Positions 54,019 to 63,589 of a stretch of 64,000 nucleotides of DNA are shown here, piece by piece (positions within the stretch are counted from its first letter, which is position 1; each line of letters opens with the position of its first letter). The stretch is taken from NCBI GenBank assembly GCA_004347685.1, contig SLTJ01000024.1:40622-104621 (forward strand), written 5' to 3'. The position numbers and the translations under genes were made by a program. This stretch comes from Clostridia bacterium (GTDB taxonomy: Bacteria > Bacillota > DSM-521 > Neomoorellales > SLTJ01). The notes under the pieces were generated by a model, which saw only the letters and a list, made by a program, of their open reading frames with translations, was not told the origin of the DNA and did no database searches.

Positions 54019-56184
54019 TTACACCAGATAGTCTATGGCCCCGGATGCCAGTGGCGCCACCGGGGGCTCCGCCAGTATGGCCCCGGAGAAATAACCTCCG
54101 AGAGAGGTTGTCGGGTACCAGCCGCGGTGCTCCCCGCCCTGGTGATTGCCGCCCCCTTGCTGGTGGCCCCAGTATCCGAAATTATTCTGGCCCGCGTCCA
54201 CGTCTACTGAAATACGGTCAAAATGCAAGCCATGCGGTTGCAAGTTGTGGTTGAGTTGCATCAGATTGGCTTCCACCATTTGTTTTACCTGGTGGCTCTG
54301 CACCAGCAGGTGGGCCGTTAGTTTGCCCGCCTCGGCGGTAACCTGCACCTCTATCCGGCCCAGGGATTTGGGCTCCAGTTGGATTTCCAGCTTTGTCCGG
54401 CCCGGCGCCTGCCACAGGTGGCTTCTGGCAACCAGGGCTTCGGTAATCTGTCTGGCCACTAGCAGTCCGGGAGAAGTGGGGGGAACAGCGGCCTTTTCAG
54501 GCTGGTGCCAGATGCTGCTTTCGCCTGTGGCCATGTTGCTCTCCGGCCGCCTGGTGCGTTCCAGGGCTGCCATAGGCTCTGGATAGTCACCGGCCGGCAG
54601 CGGTACCGGTTGCAGTGTAGTGGTGCCTGGTTCCGGTCGGGCTGCCAAGGAGTTGCTCGGGACCGGCCTGCTGTCGGTAATCGTAGAGCCGTCAGCCGCA
54701 CCCTGGCCACGGCCGGGCAGGTAATCCTGACCCTGTGCCCGGCCAGTCGCGGCCGGAGCCCGGATAGTAAGGGGAGACCGGCCGGAAGTATCCGACGGCA
54801 GAGCCGACTCGGGGCCGACAACAACTGCCTGGCCCGACTGGGCAGAACTGGCAGGTCTGGCCGGCAGTTCCTTCCCTTTTAGGCTAAAAGCTGACTCAGA
54901 CGTCACTGCCGGGGCAACCTTGCCAGACTCCGCCTGCGCACCAGCCAAGGTGGTGGGTGAGGACTGCACCCTGGGCCCTGAACGGACCGGTCCCTCCCCG
55001 GGACTGGGGGCAATGTTCTCACTGGTGTCCTGAACCTGCCCGGCCACAGGAGAAGCAGCCCGGACGGGTTCGCCCCTCCCCGGCAACGGCTGCCAGGTGG
55101 CCAAAAGCACCGTCTCCTGTGGGCCGCCGGTCCGGACCGGGAAGCTGCTATCTACCCCGGCCGTGCCCGGTACGCCGGTTTGCCTGGCCAGCGGCAGTCT
55201 GGGAGAAGTCGTGGGCCCGGCGACCTTTTCAGGCTGCTGCCAGATGTTGCTGCTTTCGCCTGCGGCCATATTGATCCCTGGCCGCCTGGTGCGCTCCGGT
55301 GCTGCCACAGGCTCTGGATAGCTGCCGGCCGGCAGCGGTGCCGGTTGCAGCACAGTGGCACCTGGCGCCGGTCCAGGATTGCCCGGCCGGGGTTCGCCGG
55401 CAGTTCTGGCTGGCACATTCTTCTCTTCCGGGCCAGAAGTTGGAGCGGGCGTGGCTGCCGTAGCGGCAGTTTCGCCGGAACCAGCCTGCTGGCCGGGCAG
55501 GATTGCGGGTGAGGACAGTACCCTCGTTGCCGCATGGACCGGTTCCACGGAACTGGAGGTACCGGGTTCACGGGCGCCTGGGCCCTGCCCGGCCACAGGA
55601 GAAGCAGCCCCTCCGGGTTCGCCCCTCCCAGGCAACGGCTGCCAGGCGAGCAAATGTGCCGGCTCGTGCAGACCACCGGCCTGAAACTGAGGGGTGCTCT
55701 GTCCCCCAGCCGCCCCTGGCACGCTAGCCTGCTCCCGGCCAACGGGGAAACTGCCGTTATTTACGGCCAATGTGTGTGGCCCCTCGGCGGCTGGCCGGAC
55801 CACCTGGGGGTCAGGCTGCGCCTGTGGCCCTCCGGCCTCTCCCCTGTCTCCAGGGCTCACGCCGGTCGGCGGGGCCTGCGCCGGCGAGGGCAGTCCCTGG
55901 ATCAAGGCGGATATGCCATCTTCCAGTTCTCCCCGGGCCAGCGGGGTAGCCCTTACTTCAGGGGCAAGGGGCCCGTTTGCGTTGCCACTATCCTCGGTTC
56001 CCACGGCCCAGATCTGTACGGCAGGCGGCAGCACCGCCCTGTTGCCGGCGGCAAGGGCAGAGTAGAGTTGCCGGAGCAGAGTGGCGAAGTCACCCCTGGT
56101 TCCTGCTCCCGGCTGCCTGGTATCCCCGGCTGCGGCCGGGACGGCAACTTGCGGTTGGCCTTCAATTATGTTTGCTTGCCACAT
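54019..56184 (-). CDS. fliK: Flagellar hook-length control protein FliK with a duplicated Pro/Gly-rich ruler region
   Basis: C-terminal Flg_hook-type domain (LEPKSLGRIEVQVTAEAGKLTAHLLVQSHQVKQMV). The rest is P/G/A-rich with two long repeats. Confidence 0.75.
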   Translation of the reverse strand: MWQANIIEGQPQVAVPAAAGDTRQPGAGTRGDFATLLRQLYSALAAGNRAVLPPAVQIWAVGTEDSGNANGPLAPEVRATPLARGELEDGISALIQGLPSPAQAPPTGVSPGDRGEAGGPQAQPDPQVVRPAAEGPHTLAVNNGSFPVGREQASVPGAAGGQSTPQFQAGGLHEPAHLLAWQPLPGRGEPGGAASPVAGQGPGAREPGTSSSVEPVHAATRVLSSPAILPGQQAGSGETAATAATPAPTSGPEEKNVPARTAGEPRPGNPGPAPGATVLQPAPLPAGSYPEPVAAPERTRRPGINMAAGESSNIWQQPEKVAGPTTSPRLPLARQTGVPGTAGVDSSFPVRTGGPQETVLLATWQPLPGRGEPVRAASPVAGQVQDTSENIAPSPGEGPVRSGPRVQSSPTTLAGAQAESGKVAPAVTSESAFSLKGKELPARPASSAQSGQAVVVGPESALPSDTSGRSPLTIRAPAATGRAQGQDYLPGRGQGAADGSTITDSRPVPSNSLAARPEPGTTTLQPVPLPAGDYPEPMAALERTRRPESNMATGESSIWHQPEKAAVPPTSPGLLVARQITEALVARSHLWQAPGRTKLEIQLEPKSLGRIEVQVTAEAGKLTAHLLVQSHQVKQMVEANLMQLNHNLQPHGLHFDRISVDVDAGQNNFGYWGHQQGGGNHQGGEHRGWYPTTSLGGYFSGAILAEPPVAPLASGAIDYLV
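54463..55655. repeat. Diverged tandem duplication inside fliK
   Basis: 54463.. cagtccgggagaagtggggggaacagcggccttttcaggctggtgccagatgctgc aligns with 55197.. cagtctgggagaagtcgtgggcccggcgaccttttcaggctgctgccagatgttgc. The ends around 55050-55105 and 55600-55655 also align (gaagcagccc..gggttcgcccctccc.ggcaacggctgccagg). Confidence 0.8.
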
Positions 56185-56191
56185 TCATATC

Positions 56192-56635
56192 TCACCCCCT
56201 TTCTTGACCATTTCCCCTCTGTGTCACTACCAGCTCGTCCATCTCCTTCTGATTCCTGTTTTCTTCCTCGCGGCGGAATTCGCTCCACTGCCTCTCCCTT
56301 AGTTTTTTCAATGTTAGGCAGTCCCGCCGCGCCGCCACCACCTCCTTTAAGCAGTTACCGGTCCTGTTTTCAGCTTGCCGCAGTTCTGTAGTTTGGAGCC
56401 CGACCCTTGTATACAGGCGCTCCAGGTATAGATCGTTGTACTGGCAGCCCTTCACGTCCATGCTGCCAGGCGGTACCGGCACCTGGTGGCTGGCCAGTTC
56501 ATGGCTGGTCAGCTCGAGCTGCCGGCGCACAGCGTTTTCCTGCTGCCTGGCCCGGGCCAGCAAGGCCGCCTTATTTTCCTTGTCCGCTTCTTTATACCTC
56601 AAGACGCCTTCCAGGGTAAAATGAAAGTGCGCCAA
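56192..56635 (-). CDS. fliJ: Flagellar export chaperone FliJ
   Basis: 147-aa coiled-coil protein following fliI. FHFTLEGVLRYKE start. Confidence 0.75.
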   Translation of the reverse strand: MAHFHFTLEGVLRYKEADKENKAALLARARQQENAVRRQLELTSHELASHQVPVPPGSMDVKGCQYNDLYLERLYTRVGLQTTELRQAENRTGNCLKEVVAARRDCLTLKKLRERQWSEFRREEENRNQKEMDELVVTQRGNGQERG

Positions 56636-56650
56636 CCCTACTGTTGCCTC

Positions 56651-57958
56651 CTAATTAAACAGCTTCTGAAGTTCGCCTATGGTGCCGGCAAAGGAGCTGT
56701 ATACTTCAACATCCTGTTTCAGGAAGGTCATGATCGGCTCATAGTATTTCAGGGCCGCGTCAACGCGCGGATTGTTTCCTGCCTGATAAGCTCCGATGTT
56801 GATAAGATCCTCTGCGCTCTGGTAGGCGGCCAGGCTGTCCCGCACCTGAGCCGCCAGATCCTGGTGTTCTTTTGAGGTGATATCCGGCATCAGCCGGCTC
56901 ACGCTGGCCAGGATGTCTATGGCCGGGTAGTGGTTGCGGTCGCCCAGCTTGCGGGAAAGTACGATGTGCCCGTCCACGATGGCCCGGACAGCATCGGTAA
57001 TGGGTTCGGTGAGGTCGTCGCCGTCCACCAGCACCGCATACAACCCGGTGATGGACCCGGTTCTGGTGTTGCCGGCCCGCTCCAGCAGCCTGGGCAGGAG
57101 GGCGAAGACCGAAGGGGTGTAGCCCCGGCTGGTAGGCGGCTCGCCGATGGCCAGGCCGACTTCCCGCTGGGCCATGGCAAACCGGGTGAGAGAGTCCATC
57201 ATCAGCATTACGTGCCGGCCCTGATCCCGGAAGTACTCGGCAATAGCGGTGGCTACGAAGGCTCCCTTGATGCGCACCAGAGCCGGCTGGTCGGAAGTGG
57301 CCACCACCACCACCGACCGGGCCAGACCGGCCGGCCCCAGGTCCCGTTCCAGGAAATCGAGGACCTCCCGCCCCCTTTCCCCGATGAGACCGATAACGTT
57401 TATCTCAGCTTCGGAGTTGCGCGCAATCATGCCCATCAAGGTGCTCTTCCCCACTCCGCTCCCAGCGAAGATGCCGATTCTCTGCCCCCGGCCGAGGGTT
57501 AAGAAGGCGTCTATAGCGCGGACGCCAGTGGGCAAGATGGTGTTAATCCGCTGTCTGGCCAGCGGGTCCGGCGGATGGTTGTCCACCGGGTAATTGCCGC
57601 CACTCGTAACCAGTTCTCTGCCGTCCATCGGTTGCCCCAGGCCGTCAACTACCCGGCCCAGAAGTTCCAGCCCTACGGCCACGGTGTGGTACCTGCCGGT
57701 GGGCAGGACCGGGCACCCCGGGCCGATGCCCTCCAGTTCGCCTAGTGGCATGAGCAGACTCGTATGATCGCGGAAGCCCTTTATTTCCGCCTGGACAACC
57801 TGGCCCGAGCCCTTGTTTTCGATCAGGCAAAGCTCCCCCACCGGCACGTTCAGTCCGGCCACCTCGACCGTAAGCCCCACCACCTTGGTAACACGGCCCA
57901 CGCACCTTAGCGGGTTAGTTTTAGCCACTAACCGCTGGTACGGCTCCAGGCTAATCAC
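56651..57958 (-). CDS. fliI: Flagellum-specific ATPase FliI
   Basis: Walker A GSGVGKSTLMGMI and Walker B VMLMMDSLTR. Confidence 0.95.
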   Translation of the reverse strand: MISLEPYQRLVAKTNPLRCVGRVTKVVGLTVEVAGLNVPVGELCLIENKGSGQVVQAEIKGFRDHTSLLMPLGELEGIGPGCPVLPTGRYHTVAVGLELLGRVVDGLGQPMDGRELVTSGGNYPVDNHPPDPLARQRINTILPTGVRAIDAFLTLGRGQRIGIFAGSGVGKSTLMGMIARNSEAEINVIGLIGERGREVLDFLERDLGPAGLARSVVVVATSDQPALVRIKGAFVATAIAEYFRDQGRHVMLMMDSLTRFAMAQREVGLAIGEPPTSRGYTPSVFALLPRLLERAGNTRTGSITGLYAVLVDGDDLTEPITDAVRAIVDGHIVLSRKLGDRNHYPAIDILASVSRLMPDITSKEHQDLAAQVRDSLAAYQSAEDLINIGAYQAGNNPRVDAALKYYEPIMTFLKQDVEVYSSFAGTIGELQKLFN

Positions 57959-58727
57959 TCTCCGCTTCCTCCCGCTTGTCAGCCAGGTACCGTTGCCTCG
58001 CCTGCTCCTTGATCACCCGGCTGATTTCCGCCAACTGGGCGTCCAGCGTCGCATCCAGGAAACCGTTTTCGGTTTCCACCCGGCAACTACCCCGGGGCAT
58101 CTCCGGGTCGGCGATTACCCGCAGTTCAGCCCTGGCGTCTGCTTCGCTCAGGACGGCGTCCCTGTGACTGTACAGCATCTCTACATCATCCGGGTGGGCA
58201 AAGATAAAGAAGGCCTGGCTGCGGCAGAGTTCGTGGACGGCGGCCCTGGCTATCCGCAGTACGGTTTCGCTGTCACGGGCCACCTCGCGGCGAAGAATCT
58301 TGGCGGCAATTTCCGCGGCCAGTTGCACCACCTCTGTCTCACAGGCCCGGATAATATCCTCACGCTCTTGCCGGGCCTGGCGCAAGACTTCTCGCGCTTC
58401 CTGGCGAATCCTGCCGGCCTCGTCCCTGGCTGCGGCTAGTCCGGCCGCGAATCCTTCCTCCCGGGCCTGACTTAAGGTCTGCTGCTTGAGTGCTTCTACC
58501 TGGGCCTTGGCCTGGTTCAGAATATCTCCGGCCTCCTGCCTGGCCGCGCGAATAATTTCCTCCCGCTCCAGCAGCCATTCCCGGGGCCATGAACTGTCTT
58601 CACTCATGCCAGGCTGGCCGGAGGCGAAAACACGGCTATCCCTGATGGCGATCTCCACCTCCTGGCTCTCCGGTACGAGCCGGCCGCCCCCCTTAATGAG
58701 CCTATATGACCAGGGCATCTTCGCCAC
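57951..58727 (-). CDS. fliH: Flagellar assembly protein FliH
   Basis: 258 aa, central E/A/R-rich coiled coil, position between fliG and fliI. Confidence 0.8.
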   Translation of the reverse strand: MAKMPWSYRLIKGGGRLVPESQEVEIAIRDSRVFASGQPGMSEDSSWPREWLLEREEIIRAARQEAGDILNQAKAQVEALKQQTLSQAREEGFAAGLAAARDEAGRIRQEAREVLRQARQEREDIIRACETEVVQLAAEIAAKILRREVARDSETVLRIARAAVHELCRSQAFFIFAHPDDVEMLYSHRDAVLSEADARAELRVIADPEMPRGSCRVETENGFLDATLDAQLAEISRVIKEQARQRYLADKREEAESD

Positions 58728-59742
58728 CCCGGGAAATGATTATCTCGCCGGTTTCGTCCAGCCGCCTGATTACCTGCACTATTTTCTGCTGCGCCTGTTC
58801 AACTTCGCGCAGCCGTACCGGTCCCAGCATTTCCATATCCTCAAGGAGCATTTCTCCAGCCCGCTGCGAAATATTCTTGAGGACGCGGTTGCGCACATCC
58901 TCACTGGCCCCCTTCAGGGCAATGGCCAGATCCTTCATGTCAATTTCCCGCAGGATGCGCCTGATGGAATTGTCGTCCAGGGTGATCATATCCTCAAAGA
59001 CGAACATGCGCTTGCGTATTTCATCGGCCAGTTGCGGGTCCTTTTCCTCCAGTTCCTCCAGGATAGTTTTCTCTGTACCTCTATCCACCCGGTTAAGGAT
59101 GTCAACCACCGTCTTTATCCCGCCTACCGCCGCAAAATCTTGGCTTACCAGGGATGAAAGTTTCCGGTTGAGCACTGTTTCCACTTCCCGCACCATCTCC
59201 GGGGAGGCCCGCTCCATCATGGCCACCCGGTGGGCAATATCGCTTTGTTGTTCATCCGGGAGGGCACCCAGGACCATGGCCGCCTGCTCCGGTTCCAGGT
59301 AAGCCAGGATCAGGGCGATGGTCTGGGGGTGCTCGTTGCTGATAAAGTTTACCAGTTGTTTGGGATCAGTCTTCCGCAACAGGGAAAAGGGCCGGATCTT
59401 GGAACTCTCGGTGAGCTTGCGGATGATCTCCGTAGCCCTCTGGGGGCCGAGCGTCTTTTCCAGCAGTTCGCGCGCGTACTTAATCCCGCCATGCAGCAGA
59501 AACTGCTGGGCCTCGTTCAACTGCAAGAACTCTTCTATGACTTCCTTTTTTATTTCCGGGGAGACAGTGGTGGTATTGGCGATGGTGGAGCTGACCCGCT
59601 CAATATCGTCCTGTGGCAGGAGACGCAGGATATTGGCAGATAACTCCGGCCCCAGGGTTATTAGTAATATAGATGCCTTCTGCAGGCCCGTCAGAGGACC
59701 TTGCCTGGCCATTGTCTCACCCCGCTTGCTGGCGAAAATCAA
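58702..59742 (-). CDS. fliG: Flagellar motor switch protein FliG
   Basis: LTGLQKASILLITLG.., EEKDPQLADEIRKRMFVFEDM, MLLEDME. The start is probably the ATG at 59712. Confidence 0.9.
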   Translation of the reverse strand: MIFASKRGETMARQGPLTGLQKASILLITLGPELSANILRLLPQDDIERVSSTIANTTTVSPEIKKEVIEEFLQLNEAQQFLLHGGIKYARELLEKTLGPQRATEIIRKLTESSKIRPFSLLRKTDPKQLVNFISNEHPQTIALILAYLEPEQAAMVLGALPDEQQSDIAHRVAMMERASPEMVREVETVLNRKLSSLVSQDFAAVGGIKTVVDILNRVDRGTEKTILEELEEKDPQLADEIRKRMFVFEDMITLDDNSIRRILREIDMKDLAIALKGASEDVRNRVLKNISQRAGEMLLEDMEMLGPVRLREVEQAQQKIVQVIRRLDETGEIIISRGGEDALVI

Positions 59743-59781
59743 GGATCAGAAGACACGGTGTCGCTGGGGCACCCTAAGGCA

Positions 59782-61335
59782 TCACTCTTCTCCCAGCCAC
59801 GTCTTTACCAACTGGGCCGCTTCTTCCGGATGCTGCTTGACGATGTCCCGGATTTGGTCCTGTTTTCTCTTTACTTCGTCGTCAATCCGCGCTGCTACAG
59901 GCATTGGAGACACAACCTCGGCCGGGACCATTTCTTCGATGCTGGGGGCCAGTTCCAAAAGCGGCTGCGGTTGCCTCCGGCGCAACAACATAAAAACTAT
60001 CAGAAAAGCCATCAGGATGACCGCGGCGGTGACTCCCAGGGAAATATACTGCTGCAGGCGCTGTTGCCGTTCGCTTTCCTGGGCCAGGCGGGTCATCTCG
60101 GCCTGGGCATCCTGGATGTACGTCCGGTCAAAGGCCATGGGTACCACCGAGATTTGATCCCCGCGTTGCTGCTGGTAGCCCACCGCCGTCCGCACGATGT
60201 TTTCCACCTGCTGGACGGTGTTGGCCGCCAGAGGGCCGTTGACAGCCACCGAGGTAGAGATGGACCGCACTTCGCCCGGCGGGTAGGTGATTTTTTCCTG
60301 GGTCTCGTTAACTTCATAGTTACGTGTCTGCTGGTCCCGGCTGTAATTGGATTGGCCTGTCCCGGTTACGGCTCCGTAGACAGGGGGTTGCCGGTTAGGG
60401 TCCCCCACCTGAGGTGGTAGGGCCCCGCCGGTACCGCTGCCCTGCTCCTGCGTCGTCTGCTCGCTGCGAACAGTGCCGTTACCGTACTCGGTGCGGCTGA
60501 CCTCGCGGCGGCTGAAGTCCAGATCAGCGGATACCATGACCACCACGTTGCCAGGCCCGAGGATTTGCTCCAGCTTTTGTTGGATGCGCTGTTCCAGTTG
60601 TCTTTCAAAGTCTCGTTTCTGCTCCTGTTGCTGAGCCGTAAGGGCCGAAGCCATCCCAGCCTCCGCGTTGGTCAGTACTCCTTCGCTGAGGACACGGCCC
60701 TCGGTGTCAATGACCCGGACGTTTTCGGGTTTCATCCCTTCTACGCTGCTGGCCACCAGGTACATGATGCTTTTTACCTGTTCCGGCGCGAGGGTGGCCA
60801 GGGGCCGGAGTTTGAGAACCACAGCGGCCTGGGCCGGGCTCTCGTTCTTGATGAAGACGCTGGGCTGGGGAATGACCAGGTGGACCCTGGCCTGCTCTAT
60901 CTGGTCATACTGGGTGATGGTACGGCGCAGCTCTTCCTGCAGGGCCCGCTGGTAATTGAGGTACCATTGCGTATCGGTCATGCCGAGCTGGGTCTTGTCA
61001 AAGAGCTCGAAGCCCACTCCGCTGCCGTTGAGCAGACCACTCGCGGCTACCTGCAAGCGGAGGTCGTAAACTTGTTCCTGCGGGACCAGTATCGTGCCTT
61101 CGCCCTGTAACTGGTAGGGCACATTGTTTTCCTTGAGGTAGGCGACCACACCGGCGGCTTCTTCCATTTCTACATTGGTAAACAGGGGGGCGTATTGCGG
61201 GCGCCCCAGCCACTGGCTCAGGAAAATAAGGACGGCCAGTATCGTGGCCCCGCCCACGATTATCCCCGCCTGGGTGCCTGCTGAATGCCCCCGCCACCAA
61301 TCGCCTATTTGTCTAAGCCATCCTGTGGGGTTCAA
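59782..61335 (-). CDS. fliF: Flagellar M-ring protein FliF
   Basis: 517 aa, with an N-terminal TM helix, YscJ/FliF family motifs, and a C-terminal TM helix. Confidence 0.9.
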   Translation of the reverse strand: MNPTGWLRQIGDWWRGHSAGTQAGIIVGGATILAVLIFLSQWLGRPQYAPLFTNVEMEEAAGVVAYLKENNVPYQLQGEGTILVPQEQVYDLRLQVAASGLLNGSGVGFELFDKTQLGMTDTQWYLNYQRALQEELRRTITQYDQIEQARVHLVIPQPSVFIKNESPAQAAVVLKLRPLATLAPEQVKSIMYLVASSVEGMKPENVRVIDTEGRVLSEGVLTNAEAGMASALTAQQQEQKRDFERQLEQRIQQKLEQILGPGNVVVMVSADLDFSRREVSRTEYGNGTVRSEQTTQEQGSGTGGALPPQVGDPNRQPPVYGAVTGTGQSNYSRDQQTRNYEVNETQEKITYPPGEVRSISTSVAVNGPLAANTVQQVENIVRTAVGYQQQRGDQISVVPMAFDRTYIQDAQAEMTRLAQESERQQRLQQYISLGVTAAVILMAFLIVFMLLRRRQPQPLLELAPSIEEMVPAEVVSPMPVAARIDDEVKRKQDQIRDIVKQHPEEAAQLVKTWLGEE

Positions 61336-61358
61336 CTATAACACACTTCCTGCGCCAG

Positions 61359-61658
61359 CTATATTTGCATGCGGAAGATCTCCTGGTAAGCCTCGATCAG
61401 CTTGTTGCGCACCTGTACGGTCAATTCCAGGGCCAGTTGGGCCCGCTCGGTCGCCAGTACCACCTCGTGCAGGTCTGTAACCTGGCCGGCGACAAAACCC
61501 TGTACCAGCGCGTCGGCCTGTTTTTGCATGTCGTTTACTTCGGCCAGCTTCTCCCGCAGCACATCCGCGAAGGGAATTGCCTTGTCGGCAGAGCGCCCGG
61601 ATTGATCAGTTGCCGGGCTTCCCTTGGGGAGAAGAGGCCCGATGCCACTGACGGACAT
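61359..61658 (-). CDS. fliE: Flagellar hook-basal body protein FliE
   Basis: FADVLREKLAEVNDMQ..LHEVVLATERAQLALELTVQVRNKLIEAYQEI. Confidence 0.9.
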   Translation of the reverse strand: MSVSGIGPLLPKGSPATDQSGRSADKAIPFADVLREKLAEVNDMQKQADALVQGFVAGQVTDLHEVVLATERAQLALELTVQVRNKLIEAYQEIFRMQI

Positions 61659-61670
61659 TTTTCCTACCTC

Positions 61671-62093
61671 CTAGGCTCTGGCCAGTTCCAGCGTGGTCAG
61701 AGCCAAGTTTTTGCTGGCGTTAAGTACAGTAGAATTCGCCTCATAAGCCCGGGTCGCGGTTATCAAGTCCACCATTTCGTTGACGATATTAATATTAGGG
61801 TAGCTGACATATCCCCGGGGGTCAGCGTCGGGGTGGGAGGGATCGTAGACCTGACGTGGAGCAGTTGGGTCTTGATAAATCCCGGAAACCATTACCCCCC
61901 TTCCGGCGGTAGGGGTTCCGGCGCCGGCCCGGATCACCATGGCGCTAAAAATCGGGACGCGCCGCCGGTACGGTCCGCCGTCCGGCGTCCGGGTAGTGTT
62001 CATGTTCGCAATATTGCCGGCTACCAGGTCTAGATGCAGGCGTTCGGCCGTTAACGCGGAAGCGCTCGCGGCCCATCCAGGCAAAAGGTCCAT
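61671..62093 (-). CDS. flgC: Flagellar basal-body rod protein FlgC
   Basis: VAGNIANMNTTRT and YPNINIVNEMVDLITATRAYEAN. Confidence 0.9.
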   Translation of the reverse strand: MDLLPGWAASASALTAERLHLDLVAGNIANMNTTRTPDGGPYRRRVPIFSAMVIRAGAGTPTAGRGVMVSGIYQDPTAPRQVYDPSHPDADPRGYVSYPNINIVNEMVDLITATRAYEANSTVLNASKNLALTTLELARA

Positions 62094-62094
62094 G

Positions 62095-62526
62095 TTATCT
62101 TCTCCCTTCGCTGATCACATGGCCCAGCATGGTAATGCGTTTGCTGAGTTGCTGGGACAAAAACTGGTAGTTAAAGGTGTTCATGGCCAGGTCCACCATT
62201 TCCTCTTCCAGGTTGACGTTGTTGCCGTCCGGCCGCATGGAAGTGGTGGTGTCATAAATAATCCGCGGCTCGACATTGGCCATGTCGGGTATATTCTTCA
62301 TGTGCTGCGGGTTAGTGGTGACCAAAGCTAACGAAGACCGCTCCTGGGCCGCGCGGCGGTACTCCTCTTCAAAGCTAACCGCAGCCCTTTTAAAACCAGG
62401 GGTGTTGAGGTTGGCGACGTTATCGGCAATGACTTCCTGCCTGAGGCTGGAGGCCTGCATGCTTTTCTCCAGCGCCCGGATGGCCGGGGAACTTAACAGA
62501 TCCAAAGCCTCACCTCCAGAAACCAA
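62095..62526 (-). CDS. flgB: Flagellar basal-body rod protein FlgB
   Basis: IADNVANLNTPGFKR. First gene of the long flagellar operon. Confidence 0.9.
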   Translation of the reverse strand: MVSGGEALDLLSSPAIRALEKSMQASSLRQEVIADNVANLNTPGFKRAAVSFEEEYRRAAQERSSLALVTTNPQHMKNIPDMANVEPRIIYDTTTSMRPDGNNVNLEEEMVDLAMNTFNYQFLSQQLSKRITMLGHVISEGRR

Positions 62527-62833
62527 TTAGTAACTGCTCAGCAACCTGTCGCCGGAAACGAGAGGCCGCGCCCAGGTTGCTCCTTGCGCCTTACTCCGTA
62601 CAGCCGGAGCGGCCCCCCAGCGTACAGGCGTCAACGGGATAGGCGCTAGGCTGAGTAGTTATAATCATTATCACAGCAAACCTTATTCCATCTGGCGACA
62701 GAAAGCAATCGGTCGAAAGACCGAGAACCATGACCAAAGGGTCAAGGCTATCCTTAGATGTTATTCAACAAGGAACTACCAATTCCTCCATTTTTTCCGG
62801 GCCTGGAGGCAAAAATTCGTTTACTCCAAAATG

Positions 62834-62856
62834 AAAAAGCCCCTATAGGGCTTTTT
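62834..62856. terminator. Bidirectional A-tract/hairpin/T-tract terminator downstream of fliS
   Basis: aaaaagcccc-tata-ggggcttttt-type structure (gccc/gggc core extended by A:T pairs). Confidence 0.5.
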
Positions 62857-62907
62857 GGGAACGCACCGTCAATTGATCTTCCCGCCTCACCACCAGGGTG
62901 GCTCTGT

Positions 62908-62940
62908 TGAAAATGGGCCACCGGCCTGGCGCCAGGCCGG
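62908..62940 (-). terminator. GC-rich palindrome downstream of the fliS stop, possible terminator
   Basis: ccggcctggcgccaggccgg (62921..62940) is a perfect 20-nt palindrome. The minus strand continues TGGCCCATTTTC. Confidence 0.4.
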
Positions 62941-62970
62941 GTGAGGATGCTCCGGGTGCCAGTGGCATGG

Positions 62971-63342
62971 CTAGTGGCTCTTAGTGGTTGCCTCCTCCCA
63001 TGTGTCCCGTAACTCCTTTATCAACCTCTCTACCTGGCGCATCATGGCCGGGTCTTTCTTGACGTTGGCCTGGACCAGCCACCGGTACATAAAATCGTAC
63101 AGGTTATACAGGTTCTCGGCTATTTCCCCGCCGGCCTCCCGGTCCAGAGTAACCATGAGTTCGGCGATAATGTCTTCGGCCCGGCCCAGGTAGTAATTAG
63201 CCTTTTCGAAATCATGGCGCTCTACCGCCGGCACGGCTTGGGAGATAAACCTGGCCGCCCCGTCATACAGCATGGTGACCAGCTTCTCCGGTGGCTGGGT
63301 TTGGATCTGATTCTGCTGGTAGAGCTGGATTTTGTCAATCAT
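62971..63342 (-). CDS. fliS: Flagellar export chaperone FliS
   Basis: YQQNQIQTQPPEKLVTMLYDGAARFI. Confidence 0.9.
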   Translation of the reverse strand: MIDKIQLYQQNQIQTQPPEKLVTMLYDGAARFISQAVPAVERHDFEKANYYLGRAEDIIAELMVTLDREAGGEIAENLYNLYDFMYRWLVQANVKKDPAMMRQVERLIKELRDTWEEATTKSH

Positions 63343-63589
63343 CGCGAACGCCCTCTTCCATATCTGCTTATACCTGCCTCTTGATATTGCTCAGACGGGT
63401 CTGCGGTGGCAAGACCGCAGCATGACCGCAACGGTACGCGGTGCCTCTGAGGTCATTGACCGGGGCACCTGCAAGAACAACTAGTTCCCCTGGCGTCAGG
63501 GACCGCCCGGCCAGAAGCGACAGGACCAGTCAACCAGTATCCCTGCGGGTGGAGTTCTTCCTGCCCGCGCGTTGCGGTGGGCCCCTGAG

